From IMG/VR virus record IMGVR_UViG_3300042291_000844, positions 32,001 through 96,000 of that record: a stretch of DNA of 64,000 bases, one strand, 5' to 3'. Positions 1 through 9,207 of the stretch are shown piece by piece. Origin of the DNA: a virus. Its lineage: Duplodnaviria > Caudoviricetes. Made by a program: the position numbers and the translations under genes. Each line of letters starts with the position of its first letter. The stretch's first letter is position 1. The notes beneath the pieces are model-generated. The model was not told the origin of the DNA. It did no database searches and was given only the letters and a program-made list of their open reading frames with translations.

Positions 1-8
1 CTATTTTA

Positions 9-2618
9 TTATGTTAATATATATGTTATACTACTTCCTGCACCACCTGCATTTAAAAGAGTTGTTCTATAAACTTTATATTGTCCAACTGTTGTTAATG
101 TAAATTGTCCTAATACCGCGAAACCACTTGTTGAGATACCTGTTAAGTTTGCTCTAGCTGAATCAAATACTATATAAAGATATTTATCACCACTCCAACT
201 AATTGTTAGGGTTTGCCCACTCGCAGTTGTTGTTCCTTTTACAATCGTTCCTATTGCACCACCCAATGTAGTATCCCACAATGCTAGTGTTTCCAATTCT
301 CCCGCCGTAAATGATGTTGCTGCACTTGCACCATGTCTTAAACTTCTAATCTTACTATAAGTATTAGTAGTAGTCGATGTTGTTGTTAAATCAGAACTAT
401 TATCACCTGACGGAGATGCGTAATTTGCAGTTGCGGTTATACTAATTGAAGTAGAACCCGTTGCAGAACCAGTTACATAATAAGGTGATGCCACATCGGT
501 TGTTACACTTGTCAAATTCCAACTATTAGAAGGATTTGCAGATGATGATGTAAATGTAATACTACCTGTTGCACCTTGTTCAATTTGATTTGAACTATAT
601 CCTAACTGAACCGATGGAGTTGAACTCAATGTCGGATTAGCAGGATTTGATTTAGATAAAGTTCCCGTTGTTGTAGTCGATGTTTTATATAATGAACCAT
701 CCAATGGAGAACTTGCAGTATATTGTAAAGTATAGGTATGTGAACCTGATGTTGTTGTACTATATGTTAAAGATGTTCCACTACCAACTTGTGTTAATAG
801 AGTTGCCCCTTCAAATAAAGATGCACTTACTATTGTATATCCTTGATTATTCCAAGCCCCATTAACTGAATACGCATCGGTTACTTTATTGAACCTATCA
901 GTTGCGAATCCACTTAAAGATGCTGCTACTGATGTTGGTGCGGTTGGTGTTCCAAAAATAAATTTAAGAACTCCGTTTGTAAATGTTACTGCGGTATTAT
1001 TATCAAAATCAGCTACTTCAATTCCTGTCAATTGTTCAACACTATTAGTTACATAGTTGATATAACCACTACTTTGAGATAATGTTTCTAATGTAGTTGC
1101 TATTGATGAACTAAATGTGGTTAAATCAGCATCAGTTGCAAAAATATTATCTAAAGATGATGTTATTTGGTCAGAACTACTTATAATTCCGCTTGGAAGG
1201 TTATTTAATTCAGTAAATGAAATTTGAGATGAACCGGATATCACTCCATCACTTCCAGCTAATAATATGTATTCTTCACTATCTTTAGGACCTGCTATCC
1301 ATCTATCATTAATTGAATCCCATAATAAAGAACCAGTTACTAAATTTGGGTCATCTAAATCTTTTACTAATAACCCACCATATTGTAAACCCCTACCATT
1401 TAATTCAATTATATTATCACCTAATTGAATTGTAGTTGAGTTAATTGTAGTGGTTGTTCCTTTAACTGTTAAATTACCATTAATTGTTACATTCGTACCA
1501 CTTGCAGTAATTGCTGCATTAAGTGATTGTGTAAACGAATTAAATGAACTTGATAAAAGGAATCCTGCGTTTTGAATTTGGGTAGACCCACTTATTGTAC
1601 CAGAAGGAACACCTGAGGATGCTAATGAATCTACATCTTGTCTAAGTCCTACAATTGATGCGGACATTAGAGATGATGATATCGTTAATTCAGCTACTGA
1701 TTGACTTGTAGCGTAACTTCCACTTACAAATCCTAATGCAGTTATTTGTGCTGATGAACTTATTAAATCTGATGGTAGGATTACGTTTTGGACACTACCA
1801 CTTAGAGTATATCTACTATCGTATGATGATGTAAGTTGTGATGAACCACTAATAGTACCATTTGGTACTGAATCTGATGAACTTACAAATCCTAATGCAG
1901 TTATTTGTGCAGAAGAACTGATTGTTCCAGCCGGTATGGTTGTTCCGCCTCCAAAACTACCTGATTGAGTAGCAAGAGTATCAAATTTTTGATTTATTGA
2001 TGAAGTAAACGCATTTAATGCAGATATATCAGTTGAAGAACTGACAAATCCCAATGAAGTTATTTGTGCAGAAGAACTAATTGTTCCAGTAGGTACTGAA
2101 GCAGATGAACTAACAAATCCTAATGCGGTAATTTGTGAACTACCACTTATAATACCATTCGGTACGTTTATAAGTTGAGTATAATCATCCGTACCACCTC
2201 CTCCACCCCCTACTACATATCCTAACGCACTGATTTGTGCAGATGAACTAATAATTCCTCTACCCTTTGTTTCGTAAGATGAAGTTGCTTGGGTTAAGTT
2301 TGAAAGTTGTGAATTAACCGATGCAGTATAAGTAGCAAGAGTTAAATCCTTAGTATTTTGTGAACCACTAAAAGTATTTAAATCCGTTAAGATGCCAATT
2401 ATTTGAGATGACCCACTAACTAATGTTGGTGCGTTAACAATACTACCAAAATTGATATTAGTTAATCCTGCACCATTACCCGTAAAGGTATTGGCCCTTA
2501 TATTACCAGATGCGGTTATATCCGTAGCAACTAAAGACCCACTTACTGTGAATATTCCTTCAACTACTGAAGCGGTTACAACCCCCTGTATTTGTTTACT
2601 TTTAATAAGTGTAGCCAT
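9..2618 (-). CDS. Ser/Thr/Gly-rich virion structural (fibre-like) protein with internal repeats
   Basis: 869-aa ORF; about 10 copies of G(I/T)IS(S/G)S(A/S)QIT(A/S)LGF-type motif; beta-rich C-terminus; downstream of neck genes. Confidence 0.65.
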   Translation of the reverse strand: MATLIKSKQIQGVVTASVVEGIFTVSGSLVATDITASGNIRANTFTGNGAGLTNINFGSIVNAPTLVSGSSQIIGILTDLNTFSGSQNTKDLTLATYTASVNSQLSNLTQATSSYETKGRGIISSSAQISALGYVVGGGGGGTDDYTQLINVPNGIISGSSQITALGFVSSSASVPTGTISSSAQITSLGFVSSSTDISALNAFTSSINQKFDTLATQSGSFGGGTTIPAGTISSSAQITALGFVSSSDSVPNGTISGSSQLTSSYDSRYTLSGSVQNVILPSDLISSSAQITALGFVSGSYATSQSVAELTISSSLMSASIVGLRQDVDSLASSGVPSGTISGSTQIQNAGFLLSSSFNSFTQSLNAAITASGTNVTINGNLTVKGTTTTINSTTIQLGDNIIELNGRGLQYGGLLVKDLDDPNLVTGSLLWDSINDRWIAGPKDSEEYILLAGSDGVISGSSQISFTELNNLPSGIISSSDQITSSLDNIFATDADLTTFSSSIATTLETLSQSSGYINYVTNSVEQLTGIEVADFDNNTAVTFTNGVLKFIFGTPTAPTSVAASLSGFATDRFNKVTDAYSVNGAWNNQGYTIVSASLFEGATLLTQVGSGTSLTYSTTTSGSHTYTLQYTASSPLDGSLYKTSTTTTGTLSKSNPANPTLSSTPSVQLGYSSNQIEQGATGSITFTSSSANPSNSWNLTSVTTDVASPYYVTGSATGSTSISITATANYASPSGDNSSDLTTTSTTTNTYSKIRSLRHGASAATSFTAGELETLALWDTTLGGAIGTIVKGTTTASGQTLTISWSGDKYLYIVFDSARANLTGISTSGFAVLGQFTLTTVGQYKVYRTTLLNAGGAGSSITYILT

Positions 2619-2623
2619 AATTC

Positions 2624-3010
2624 TTAAATATCCACTAGTTTTCCTTTAACCATAAATTCACTTATAAGAATCTCACTTGGAGTATAAGCTATTGCTTGAT
2701 TAAATGTTATTATTATATTATTACCACTGGTCGTAACATCATATAAAGTTGGTTCTTGTAATATACCTTGTAGATATACATCTACATAATCTTTGGTATT
2801 ATTAAATTTTAATTCTTCAAATTCAAATTTTTTATTAGTTAAAGTTAATGTAAATAGTGTATCAGTAAGTTCATCTAACTCCATATCATCAGTACCACCT
2901 ATTAATTGGTATGAACGTCTAAATGTATCATCAAATACTTCATATATTAATTCCTTTACACGAGTTCTATCGTTAAAAGGAATTTTTTTTATTTTTGGTG
3001 CTACTTTCAT
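2624..3010 (-). CDS. Hypothetical structural protein
   Basis: 128-aa ORF, ATGA overlap with upstream gene; resembles the C-terminal domain of the 381-aa protein (VYxxG..., I.FN/FD). Confidence 0.6.
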   Translation of the reverse strand: MKVAPKIKKIPFNDRTRVKELIYEVFDDTFRRSYQLIGGTDDMELDELTDTLFTLTLTNKKFEFEELKFNNTKDYVDVYLQGILQEPTLYDVTTSGNNIIITFNQAIAYTPSEILISEFMVKGKLVDI

Positions 3011-3339
3011 AGTATTTCAAAATCTCCCTTCATTACAATATTATCGTTTGTAGTAATATCATATGCGTTTACAAAATTAGCTTTTTTAAATTTAACTAAA
3101 ATATCTGCATTATACCCTTCCATCACATAATCTTTTTCGGATATGTATTGCCCGTTAATAAATATATCAAAACGTGCGTGTTCGCTTCGTAAAGGTCTAA
3201 GAAAGGATTCTAAATCTTTAAGTTTAGTATTTTTTGCACCCCATACCCAATATAGTGGGTGATTCATATCCATTGGTATCAATGAATACTCATTTTGGTC
3301 TTCAATTTGTTTTAATATTTTATTTAAATCATATATCAT
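3007..3339 (-). CDS. Hypothetical structural protein
   Basis: 110-aa ORF coupled by ATGA overlaps on both sides; FDIFINGQYI motif like its neighbours. Confidence 0.6.
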   Translation of the reverse strand: MIYDLNKILKQIEDQNEYSLIPMDMNHPLYWVWGAKNTKLKDLESFLRPLRSEHARFDIFINGQYISEKDYVMEGYNADILVKFKKANFVNAYDITTNDNIVMKGDFEIL

Positions 3340-4481
3340 AATTCAATAAATTTTCCAGTTACTGCTATTTCATCAGTAGTTTCTATTGGGTATCCTAATT
3401 CATCCTCATTTGGATTTTCTATAATTTCTGCACCATCAAAAACAAATTGAATTTCATTTGTAGTAGCATCATATGAATAAGTGTATTTTCTAAATGGGAT
3501 TAATACTCCATTTATATAAACCTTAAACCATTCTCCTGCAGCAACATATGTATTTCTCAATTCTGGCGGGCATATAGGTAATTTTACATTGGTTAACTTA
3601 ATAGTAGATGAGTTGATAAAGATTGGTGCAAATGAACTTCCCAATACACCACCTTGTGCCCCTCTAATAGTAATAAAATCAATTAGGTCTGAATATTCAT
3701 TATACATTTGTTGTCTTGTATAATTTACATTACCACCAGATAAATCAGTTTCTATACCCCATACTACTTTTTTAGGAGATAATGATTTTTTAGTAGTCGG
3801 TTGATTATCAAATTTTTCAGGTAATAAATACGCATTGACTGTCATTGTAAATGTAGTTCTTACAATTCTTTGTGCACCGTCTCCTACTTCCTGTTGATTC
3901 TCAAATGAATCTATTTTTGTACGAAATTTAAACCCAGATTGGTCTCCCCAATATTCATCCGTTGCATATTGAAATGCTTCAACGATTTTATTCATATGTT
4001 CGGTAAAATCTGTCCATATAATAACATCATAAGTTACACTAACATAATCCGGCATTGTTATATTATATTGTTCAACCGGTCTTTTAGTATCCGTCATTAG
4101 GCTAAACTTATCATACTTATGTTTTTTAGAATACATAGATATGGTAGGATATGATACATGACGATTCATTGTATTAGCCAATGATTCATCTCTAGCAATT
4201 GAATTTCGTTTGAATACAACTATTGGGGTTTGAACTTGTCCGTTTTTATCTCTTAAAAATCCATCTCTTCTTATAGCTTTCCATCTTTCTGGATTACCAT
4301 ATATTACAGGTACTTTTATTGATTCACCTAAAATTTCTAAACTAGGAACGACAGTATCTACCATATGTTCAGCAATTGCTAAATCAACATCATATAACTT
4401 CACTCCTTTAAACTGATTTTTGGGTTCAGTTTTAAGTTGTTCTGCTCTATTTAGTGGTTTTTTTAGTGGGTCTACTGCCAT
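3336..4481 (-). CDS. Tail completion / sheath stabiliser (T4 gp15-like) with C-terminal extension
   Basis: VPVIYGNPERW, PDYVSVTYDVIIWT, R..FTMTVNAYL motifs; position after neck genes. Confidence 0.6.
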   Translation of the reverse strand: MAVDPLKKPLNRAEQLKTEPKNQFKGVKLYDVDLAIAEHMVDTVVPSLEILGESIKVPVIYGNPERWKAIRRDGFLRDKNGQVQTPIVVFKRNSIARDESLANTMNRHVSYPTISMYSKKHKYDKFSLMTDTKRPVEQYNITMPDYVSVTYDVIIWTDFTEHMNKIVEAFQYATDEYWGDQSGFKFRTKIDSFENQQEVGDGAQRIVRTTFTMTVNAYLLPEKFDNQPTTKKSLSPKKVVWGIETDLSGGNVNYTRQQMYNEYSDLIDFITIRGAQGGVLGSSFAPIFINSSTIKLTNVKLPICPPELRNTYVAAGEWFKVYINGVLIPFRKYTYSYDATTNEIQFVFDGAEIIENPNEDELGYPIETTDEIAVTGKFIEL

Positions 4482-5035
4482 TAGTATGTTCTCTCCTCAA
4501 TTTGAACTTGTGAACGTTTTACCATCATACCAGTAGCAACAAGTTGCATACTTGCATCTGAGAATGTGTTTGTAGATTGGTCATATATTTTTGATGAACC
4601 ACCTATTAACATAGTATCCATAACATTATTTATTTCATAATAAAATTCATCAAACAAAATAATATCTCCGATTTCAGGATATCCATATTGTGTATTTTGT
4701 ATTGCATCTGCAGGGATTTCGTTACCATTGATATCTCGTATCTTTGGTATCTCATGCGTTCTTAATCTTTCTTTATTAAAACGGAATTCTACATTTTGTT
4801 GTGTATCCGGTCCAAATTCATCATAATTTGAAGTAGTATTCTCTCTATCAACAATACACATCAAATTAGCGGGTGCATGGTATATTTTACCCAATGATTC
4901 ACCATATAAATTAGTTTTTGATTCGCCAACTGATATTTTGAATAGGGTAATAGTTGTTTCCACTACATAATCCACCACTTCTTCAGCGATAGTTTTTATG
5001 AACTCCAAATCTCTACTATGAAAAAACTTTGGCAT
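4481..5035 (-). CDS. Neck / head-closure protein (T4 gp14-like)
   Basis: NLYGE, DEFG, PEIGDII motifs; synteny gp13-gp14-gp15. Confidence 0.6.
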   Translation of the reverse strand: MPKFFHSRDLEFIKTIAEEVVDYVVETTITLFKISVGESKTNLYGESLGKIYHAPANLMCIVDRENTTSNYDEFGPDTQQNVEFRFNKERLRTHEIPKIRDINGNEIPADAIQNTQYGYPEIGDIILFDEFYYEINNVMDTMLIGGSSKIYDQSTNTFSDASMQLVATGMMVKRSQVQIEERTY

Positions 5036-5041
5036 ATGTTA

Positions 5042-6193
5042 TTATCCTATGTATATTGCTAATGGAACTGATTTAATTATTTTTTGTTGTTGTTCAACCA
5101 TATTGGATTCATTTTCCATTCTGGTCTTTTTACTAACCTCTTCTAAGTTTTCTCTCAATTGAGTTACTAATGATTCCTTTTCAGTTTGTGCTTCTGCCCT
5201 TAGTGCTGCACCATCCAATGAAACATCCGAACCAGGAATTGGTATAGTAGAATATTTTTCTCTAATTGCACCTAATAATTCTTTAGCAAGTGCAAGAGTA
5301 TATTTTCTAATCCATTGTTTACCAACATCATTGATTTTTGAATAATCTTGAAACTGATATCCAACATTTGAATAATCACTTACAACATTAGGGGTTATTA
5401 TAGTATTTCCTTCTCTAAAATCTTTCTTAACCATATACTCAAACCACAACCTTTCAGCTTTAGTTGGTATTGGGAATATTTGTATTTTATTATTTACAAT
5501 ATTGAATGTAAATGCAGATTTACGGAATTGGTCATTAAATTCAATTGCTTGAATTCTTAACATATCCTCATACATTGGCATTAGAATGAATTGTGCTGCG
5601 GGTGAGAACGAACCAAAGCCAAATTCATCAATTAAGTTCAAAGTACCTTGTCCACTTACTGAATACGGGTCAAAGAAACGTGATATTGCAGGTGTTGCTT
5701 CATGATATACTCTTGTTATATCAATTCGTTCACCACTTTCACTTACATCACCCCATAGTTCTTGTAAATCATAATTTTGATTACCAGCTTGAACTACGAT
5801 ATTTCCTTTTTTAATATCAATTCTACCACCAACATTTGCTTGAGTACCATAACTTTCTGCAATAGTAATTACATTGTTTAATTCGCTACCTAATACTGAT
5901 TTGTTAGTAAAATTTGAACTTGTGGGTTGACCTTCAAGGGCACCCATATTGTTTCGTATGTTAAATTGATTAACTTGTGCAGAATATTCACTCACCGCCT
6001 CTTCAAACACCGCAAAGAAACTACTTGATATCAATTCTACATCTACAATTGGATAACCTAACCTTTGTGCACACCACGATGCAACTTTAGGGGCATCTAA
6101 TTGAAAGTTTGAATCATTATCATATAATCCGAATGGGGTAGATGAACCAGTAACGAAAGTTGCCGTACCTGTCCATACTCTTGATTGCGACAT
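5042..6193 (-). CDS. Neck / head-tail adaptor protein (T4 gp13-like)
   Basis: LGYPIVDVEL N-terminal motif and WIRKYTLALAKELLG..R.KY..IP.PG..V.LDG C-terminal motif; start moved to ATG 6193, which has AAGGAG 7 nt upstream. Confidence 0.75.
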   Translation of the reverse strand: MSQSRVWTGTATFVTGSSTPFGLYDNDSNFQLDAPKVASWCAQRLGYPIVDVELISSSFFAVFEEAVSEYSAQVNQFNIRNNMGALEGQPTSSNFTNKSVLGSELNNVITIAESYGTQANVGGRIDIKKGNIVVQAGNQNYDLQELWGDVSESGERIDITRVYHEATPAISRFFDPYSVSGQGTLNLIDEFGFGSFSPAAQFILMPMYEDMLRIQAIEFNDQFRKSAFTFNIVNNKIQIFPIPTKAERLWFEYMVKKDFREGNTIITPNVVSDYSNVGYQFQDYSKINDVGKQWIRKYTLALAKELLGAIREKYSTIPIPGSDVSLDGAALRAEAQTEKESLVTQLRENLEEVSKKTRMENESNMVEQQQKIIKSVPLAIYIG

Positions 6194-6223
6194 ATTTATT
6201 CTCCTTAATACATTTATTCTTAT

Positions 6224-6231
6224 ATAAATAT
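6224..6231 (-). promoter_or_regulatory. Putative phage late promoter ATATTTAT
   Basis: Motif about 30 nt upstream of neck operon start; recurs in most intergenic gaps. Confidence 0.5.
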
Positions 6232-6239
6232 AAAATAAC

Positions 6240-6271
6240 AAAAAAGGGAGTGAATAAATCCACTCCCTTTC
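6240..6271 (-). terminator. Rho-independent terminator
   Basis: AAAAGGGAGTG-loop-CACTCCCTTTT hairpin followed by a T-run on the minus strand. Confidence 0.85.
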
Positions 6272-6292
6272 AAATCTTATGTTTTATATCTA

Positions 6293-6664
6293 TTATCCTA
6301 AGTTAATTAGTTTATATTTTGTTGAGTATAATAGTTTAGCAATATTATCTAATTCATTCTGAATCCAACTTACCTTTAATTTATCTTGTTGTCTTTCATT
6401 TTCTAAAAATTTAATCAGTTTATCGAAATAAGCAATTATGTTTTCTTTTGATGAATCGGTATCTATTCCGTTTACTTGTTTGTAAGTTATCAAACCATAT
6501 TTACCTTGATACGCCTCAATTAAACCATCTAATAGGGGTATAAGTTCCGTATAGTAAGTTTCTAATGCTAAATGTAATGCAAGAGAACCCGGTCCATTAA
6601 CTCCTGTGTGGAATTGATGTGTTTGTGTTCTACTATGAAAAAAAATCGAAGCTAATTGTTCCAT
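6293..6664 (-). CDS. Ferritin-like four-helix protein (DUF5856-like)
   Basis: HQFH...HLALETYY...D.LIE.YQG and NELDNI..L...T.YKL pattern. Confidence 0.55.
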   Translation of the reverse strand: MEQLASIFFHSRTQTHQFHTGVNGPGSLALHLALETYYTELIPLLDGLIEAYQGKYGLITYKQVNGIDTDSSKENIIAYFDKLIKFLENERQQDKLKVSWIQNELDNIAKLLYSTKYKLINLG

Positions 6665-6705
6665 CTAATATATCCCTTTGGTAATAAGTATATAAAAAGG
6701 TTAAT

Positions 6706-7470
6706 TTAAATAATTTTTGAATTTATTTTTTGTTTTGAAAACGGATAGTATGCACACAATTCTTGTGTATCTGGTAATTCGGATTCCCATATTTTTGCTA
6801 TACTTAGCATATTATCATCATAATATTCTGATAAATGTTCTTTTACAAAATTGTGATGACACATTATGGTAGGATGCCCATCTAATTCGTATGGAATTTT
6901 AGTATCTTTAAAACCATATGATTGTGGGTTAGTTTTTGAAGAATATGATTGTAAACTTTCATTAATGTAGACATCCTTTTTGTAATCATTAAGAAGTAAA
7001 TTTACATTATCATCAGTTTTTAATGTAATACCCATATCAGTTTGTAATAAATCAAATGCTTGAAGAATTTTATACTTACATCCAATCCCATCTAATAAGG
7101 CTTTAATAGTTTTAACCATAAACCAAGTGTTATATATTGAATGTTCATCACTCCACACTTCTCTTACAAATTTTTCCCCAAAAATATCTTCTGAGTTGTA
7201 AATATTTCCATTTAATATAAAAGCTTTATACTTTGGGTTATATATATCTAATCTATTAAAACTACTTAACATTATTAAAACCACATCGTTTTTAGTTATG
7301 TTTGCTTTTAAATGCATTTCGTATAATTTTTCAGCAGCATAATAATTACCTGCCCCTTGTTGTGCACAATTATAATGTTCTTTAAAATTTGTTGCTATTA
7401 TGTTAGCCCAGGTGGGCCACATATATTTTGTGTAACTACATCCAAATGTAAATAATCTATTTTTTGTCAT
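6706..7470 (-). CDS. SGNH-like hypothetical protein of phage glycan islands
   Basis: FTFGCSYT, NCAQQGAGN, DGHPT motifs; likely start ATG 7470. Confidence 0.5.
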   Translation of the reverse strand: MTKNRLFTFGCSYTKYMWPTWANIIATNFKEHYNCAQQGAGNYYAAEKLYEMHLKANITKNDVVLIMLSSFNRLDIYNPKYKAFILNGNIYNSEDIFGEKFVREVWSDEHSIYNTWFMVKTIKALLDGIGCKYKILQAFDLLQTDMGITLKTDDNVNLLLNDYKKDVYINESLQSYSSKTNPQSYGFKDTKIPYELDGHPTIMCHHNFVKEHLSEYYDDNMLSIAKIWESELPDTQELCAYYPFSKQKINSKII

Positions 7471-7489
7471 TATTATAAATATTATATAC

Positions 7490-7514
7490 AAAAAAAAGGG
7501 AGAATCCTCCCTTT
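7490..7514 (-). terminator. Rho-independent terminator
   Basis: AAAGGGAG-GATT-CTCCCTTT plus T-run, after the small-gene cassette. Confidence 0.85.
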
Positions 7515-7545
7515 AACAAATGAACAAACAAACAAAACTAATATC

Positions 7546-7812
7546 TTAATACTCAATCATTGAGACCGGTACGTTGTATGAAGCAAATCCACCTTTTACT
7601 CTCAAATTGGCTTTAGTTCGGTTGATTTTAACAACCTCTAACTCTCTACCCATTAATTTGGGGTGATTTACTTTAACCGTCATACCTACTTGCAATGACA
7701 ATTTCTTTTCTAACGATTCTATGGTACGTTTTTGCTTAATCAGTTCAATAACCATTTGGTTAACATTACGCAATTCTGCTACTGATAATTTTGATAATTC
7801 TGAATAATTCAT
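7546..7812 (-). CDS. Small hypothetical protein, helix plus SH3/KOW-like domain
   Basis: 88 aa; LQVGMTVKV..G..EVVKINRTKA pattern. Confidence 0.55.
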   Translation of the reverse strand: MNYSELSKLSVAELRNVNQMVIELIKQKRTIESLEKKLSLQVGMTVKVNHPKLMGRELEVVKINRTKANLRVKGGFASYNVPVSMIEY

Positions 7813-7835
7813 GTCTTTTATGTTTTAAATTTTAA

Positions 7836-8048
7836 TTAATCTATTTCGCCAAATACTCTAATCCATTCCTCATTGGTAATCCCCGTCATAAGGAACTCCC
7901 TTTCGTCCATTGTTAAGTTTGGAACGATGTTTTGTATCAATTCCGTTGAATTGCGACGATTCTCTATTCTTAATAACTCATCTTGAGTAACATTGATATT
8001 CAATGTATGTTCAATACCGGTTAAACTGCTGATTTTTGTAATATTCAT
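7836..8048 (-). CDS. Conserved small phage hypothetical protein
   Basis: 70 aa; LIQ..PNL..DEREFLMTGIT.EEW motif recognised from other phages. Confidence 0.6.
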   Translation of the reverse strand: MNITKISSLTGIEHTLNINVTQDELLRIENRRNSTELIQNIVPNLTMDEREFLMTGITNEEWIRVFGEID

Positions 8049-8066
8049 ATTTTTATATTTTAAGGG

Positions 8067-8309
8067 TTACCAACACAACATATCTCCTGCCTTATCCCAA
8101 CTTCTAGCACCACTTTCGGTTGCTTTGTGAAGTGTATTGTAATCCACATCTAAGTTGGAATTACCGAACTGGCGTTTAAGTTCTGATTTGAATTCCGTAA
8201 GGTTCTTAGCCCAAACATCGTTGAACCCACCACTTACCCAATTGAATTGGTATCGGTATTCACCTTTTGAATTCTTTAACAATCTTTCATACTTTGCTCT
8301 ATGTTTCAT
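8067..8309 (-). CDS. Small hypothetical protein
   Basis: 80-aa ORF with A-rich leader, directly downstream of the repeated promoter. Confidence 0.55.
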   Translation of the reverse strand: MKHRAKYERLLKNSKGEYRYQFNWVSGGFNDVWAKNLTEFKSELKRQFGNSNLDVDYNTLHKATESGARSWDKAGDMLCW

Positions 8310-8337
8310 AATTTTATATTTTATATTTTATAGTTTA

Positions 8338-8390
8338 TTATCTCTCAATCTTATAAAGCTAATCTACAACTTTTTTTCCACATTTCCTAA
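8338..8390 (-). promoter_or_regulatory. Early-type promoter/leader repeat, copy 1
   Basis: TTAG-N20-TAGATTAG resembles Bacteroidota -33/-7; 45/53 nt identical to 8980-9032. Confidence 0.6.
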
Positions 8391-8407
8391 TATTTTAGGA
8401 CTTATTT

Positions 8408-8716
8408 TTATAAATAAGTTGGGCCATAATGAGACCATTTAGCTGTCCCCTCAAATATGTTTCCTCTACTATGTTTAGCCGGGGCTCTCCAACTGGCAGG
8501 TTTCATTAAATCACCTTTCTTAACCGGAACTCCCATATGGTAACCATCAAACATTGAAACGAACGCCCATACGTGGTTACTATCCATAATTTTCATAAAC
8601 TTAGAACCCTTTTTAACCTTTAACGGGGTATAATCACTATAATACTCACCCGATTCGTGTCTTTTTTTACGGTCTGCATCAACCTTTGCTAACCAAATTT
8701 CAAATTGCGTTTTCAT
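8408..8716 (-). CDS. Conserved T4-like phage hypothetical protein
   Basis: 102 aa; KGDL.KPASW.APAK..RGNI motif typical of T4-like phage small genes. Confidence 0.6.
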   Translation of the reverse strand: MKTQFEIWLAKVDADRKKRHESGEYYSDYTPLKVKKGSKFMKIMDSNHVWAFVSMFDGYHMGVPVKKGDLMKPASWRAPAKHSRGNIFEGTAKWSHYGPTYL

Positions 8717-8728
8717 ATATCTTATATT

Positions 8729-8959
8729 TTATTTTAACCATAAATTGTAAACATAATCATACTTTACATTCAAAGTCTCTGCAAGTTTCTCAAACAATCT
8801 CTCTCTGATTACACTATCGGTAACACCAATGTATCGGTAAACATCCTCACCAACAATCAGTTTATTTAATAGACCGGGAAATGTGGGGGTTTCATTCAAT
8901 TCTAATCCCAAATCATCGGTTGGGAAGTTCTCTACATAATACTCTTTAATTGTGCTCAT
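8729..8959 (-). CDS. Small hypothetical protein
   Basis: 76 aa; D.Y..IGV.DS.IRERLF..LA..L...YDYVY.LWL; first gene after promoter copy 2. Confidence 0.6.
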   Translation of the reverse strand: MSTIKEYYVENFPTDDLGLELNETPTFPGLLNKLIVGEDVYRYIGVTDSVIRERLFEKLAETLNVKYDYVYNLWLK

Positions 8960-8979
8960 ATTTTTTATATTTTATTTGT

Positions 8980-9032
8980 TTATCTCCTAATCTTATAAAG
9001 CTAAACTACACATTATTTTCCACAATTCCAAA
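8980..9032 (-). promoter_or_regulatory. Early-type promoter/leader repeat, copy 2
   Basis: TTTG-N20-TAGTTTAG; near-identical to 8338-8390. Confidence 0.6.
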
Positions 9033-9070
9033 TTATTTCCCATTTATTTTCACTTTTTTTGTAAAATTTT

Positions 9071-9119
9071 TCATTGATTATCAATGAGTTATGGGAGGTT
9101 GACTATCAATGAGTTATGG
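9071..9119. repeat. Palindrome-containing 21-bp direct repeat pair
   Basis: TTGA(T/C)TATCAATGAGTTATGG at 9074-9094 and 9099-9119; TCATTGA-TTA-TCAATGA perfect inverted repeat at 9071-9087. Confidence 0.8.
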
Positions 9120-9123
9120 ACAT

Positions 9124-9154
9124 AAAAAAAGGGAGAATATTTCTATTCCCCCTT
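9124..9154 (-). terminator. Rho-independent terminator of the major capsid gene
   Basis: 11-bp stem with GAAA loop followed by T7 on the minus strand. Confidence 0.85.
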
Positions 9155-9207
9155 CTTTATTATCGAATCGTTAGTTTGATTCAGTTATCGATTGTTCTTT
9201 ATCTAAA

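Noticed and set aside
6194-6241. Longer N-terminal starts given by the track (6241, 7491, 16070, 43625, 47247, 63344)
   Set aside because: Extensions run through promoter motifs or upstream genes; downstream ATGs have better SD, coupling or conserved N-termini
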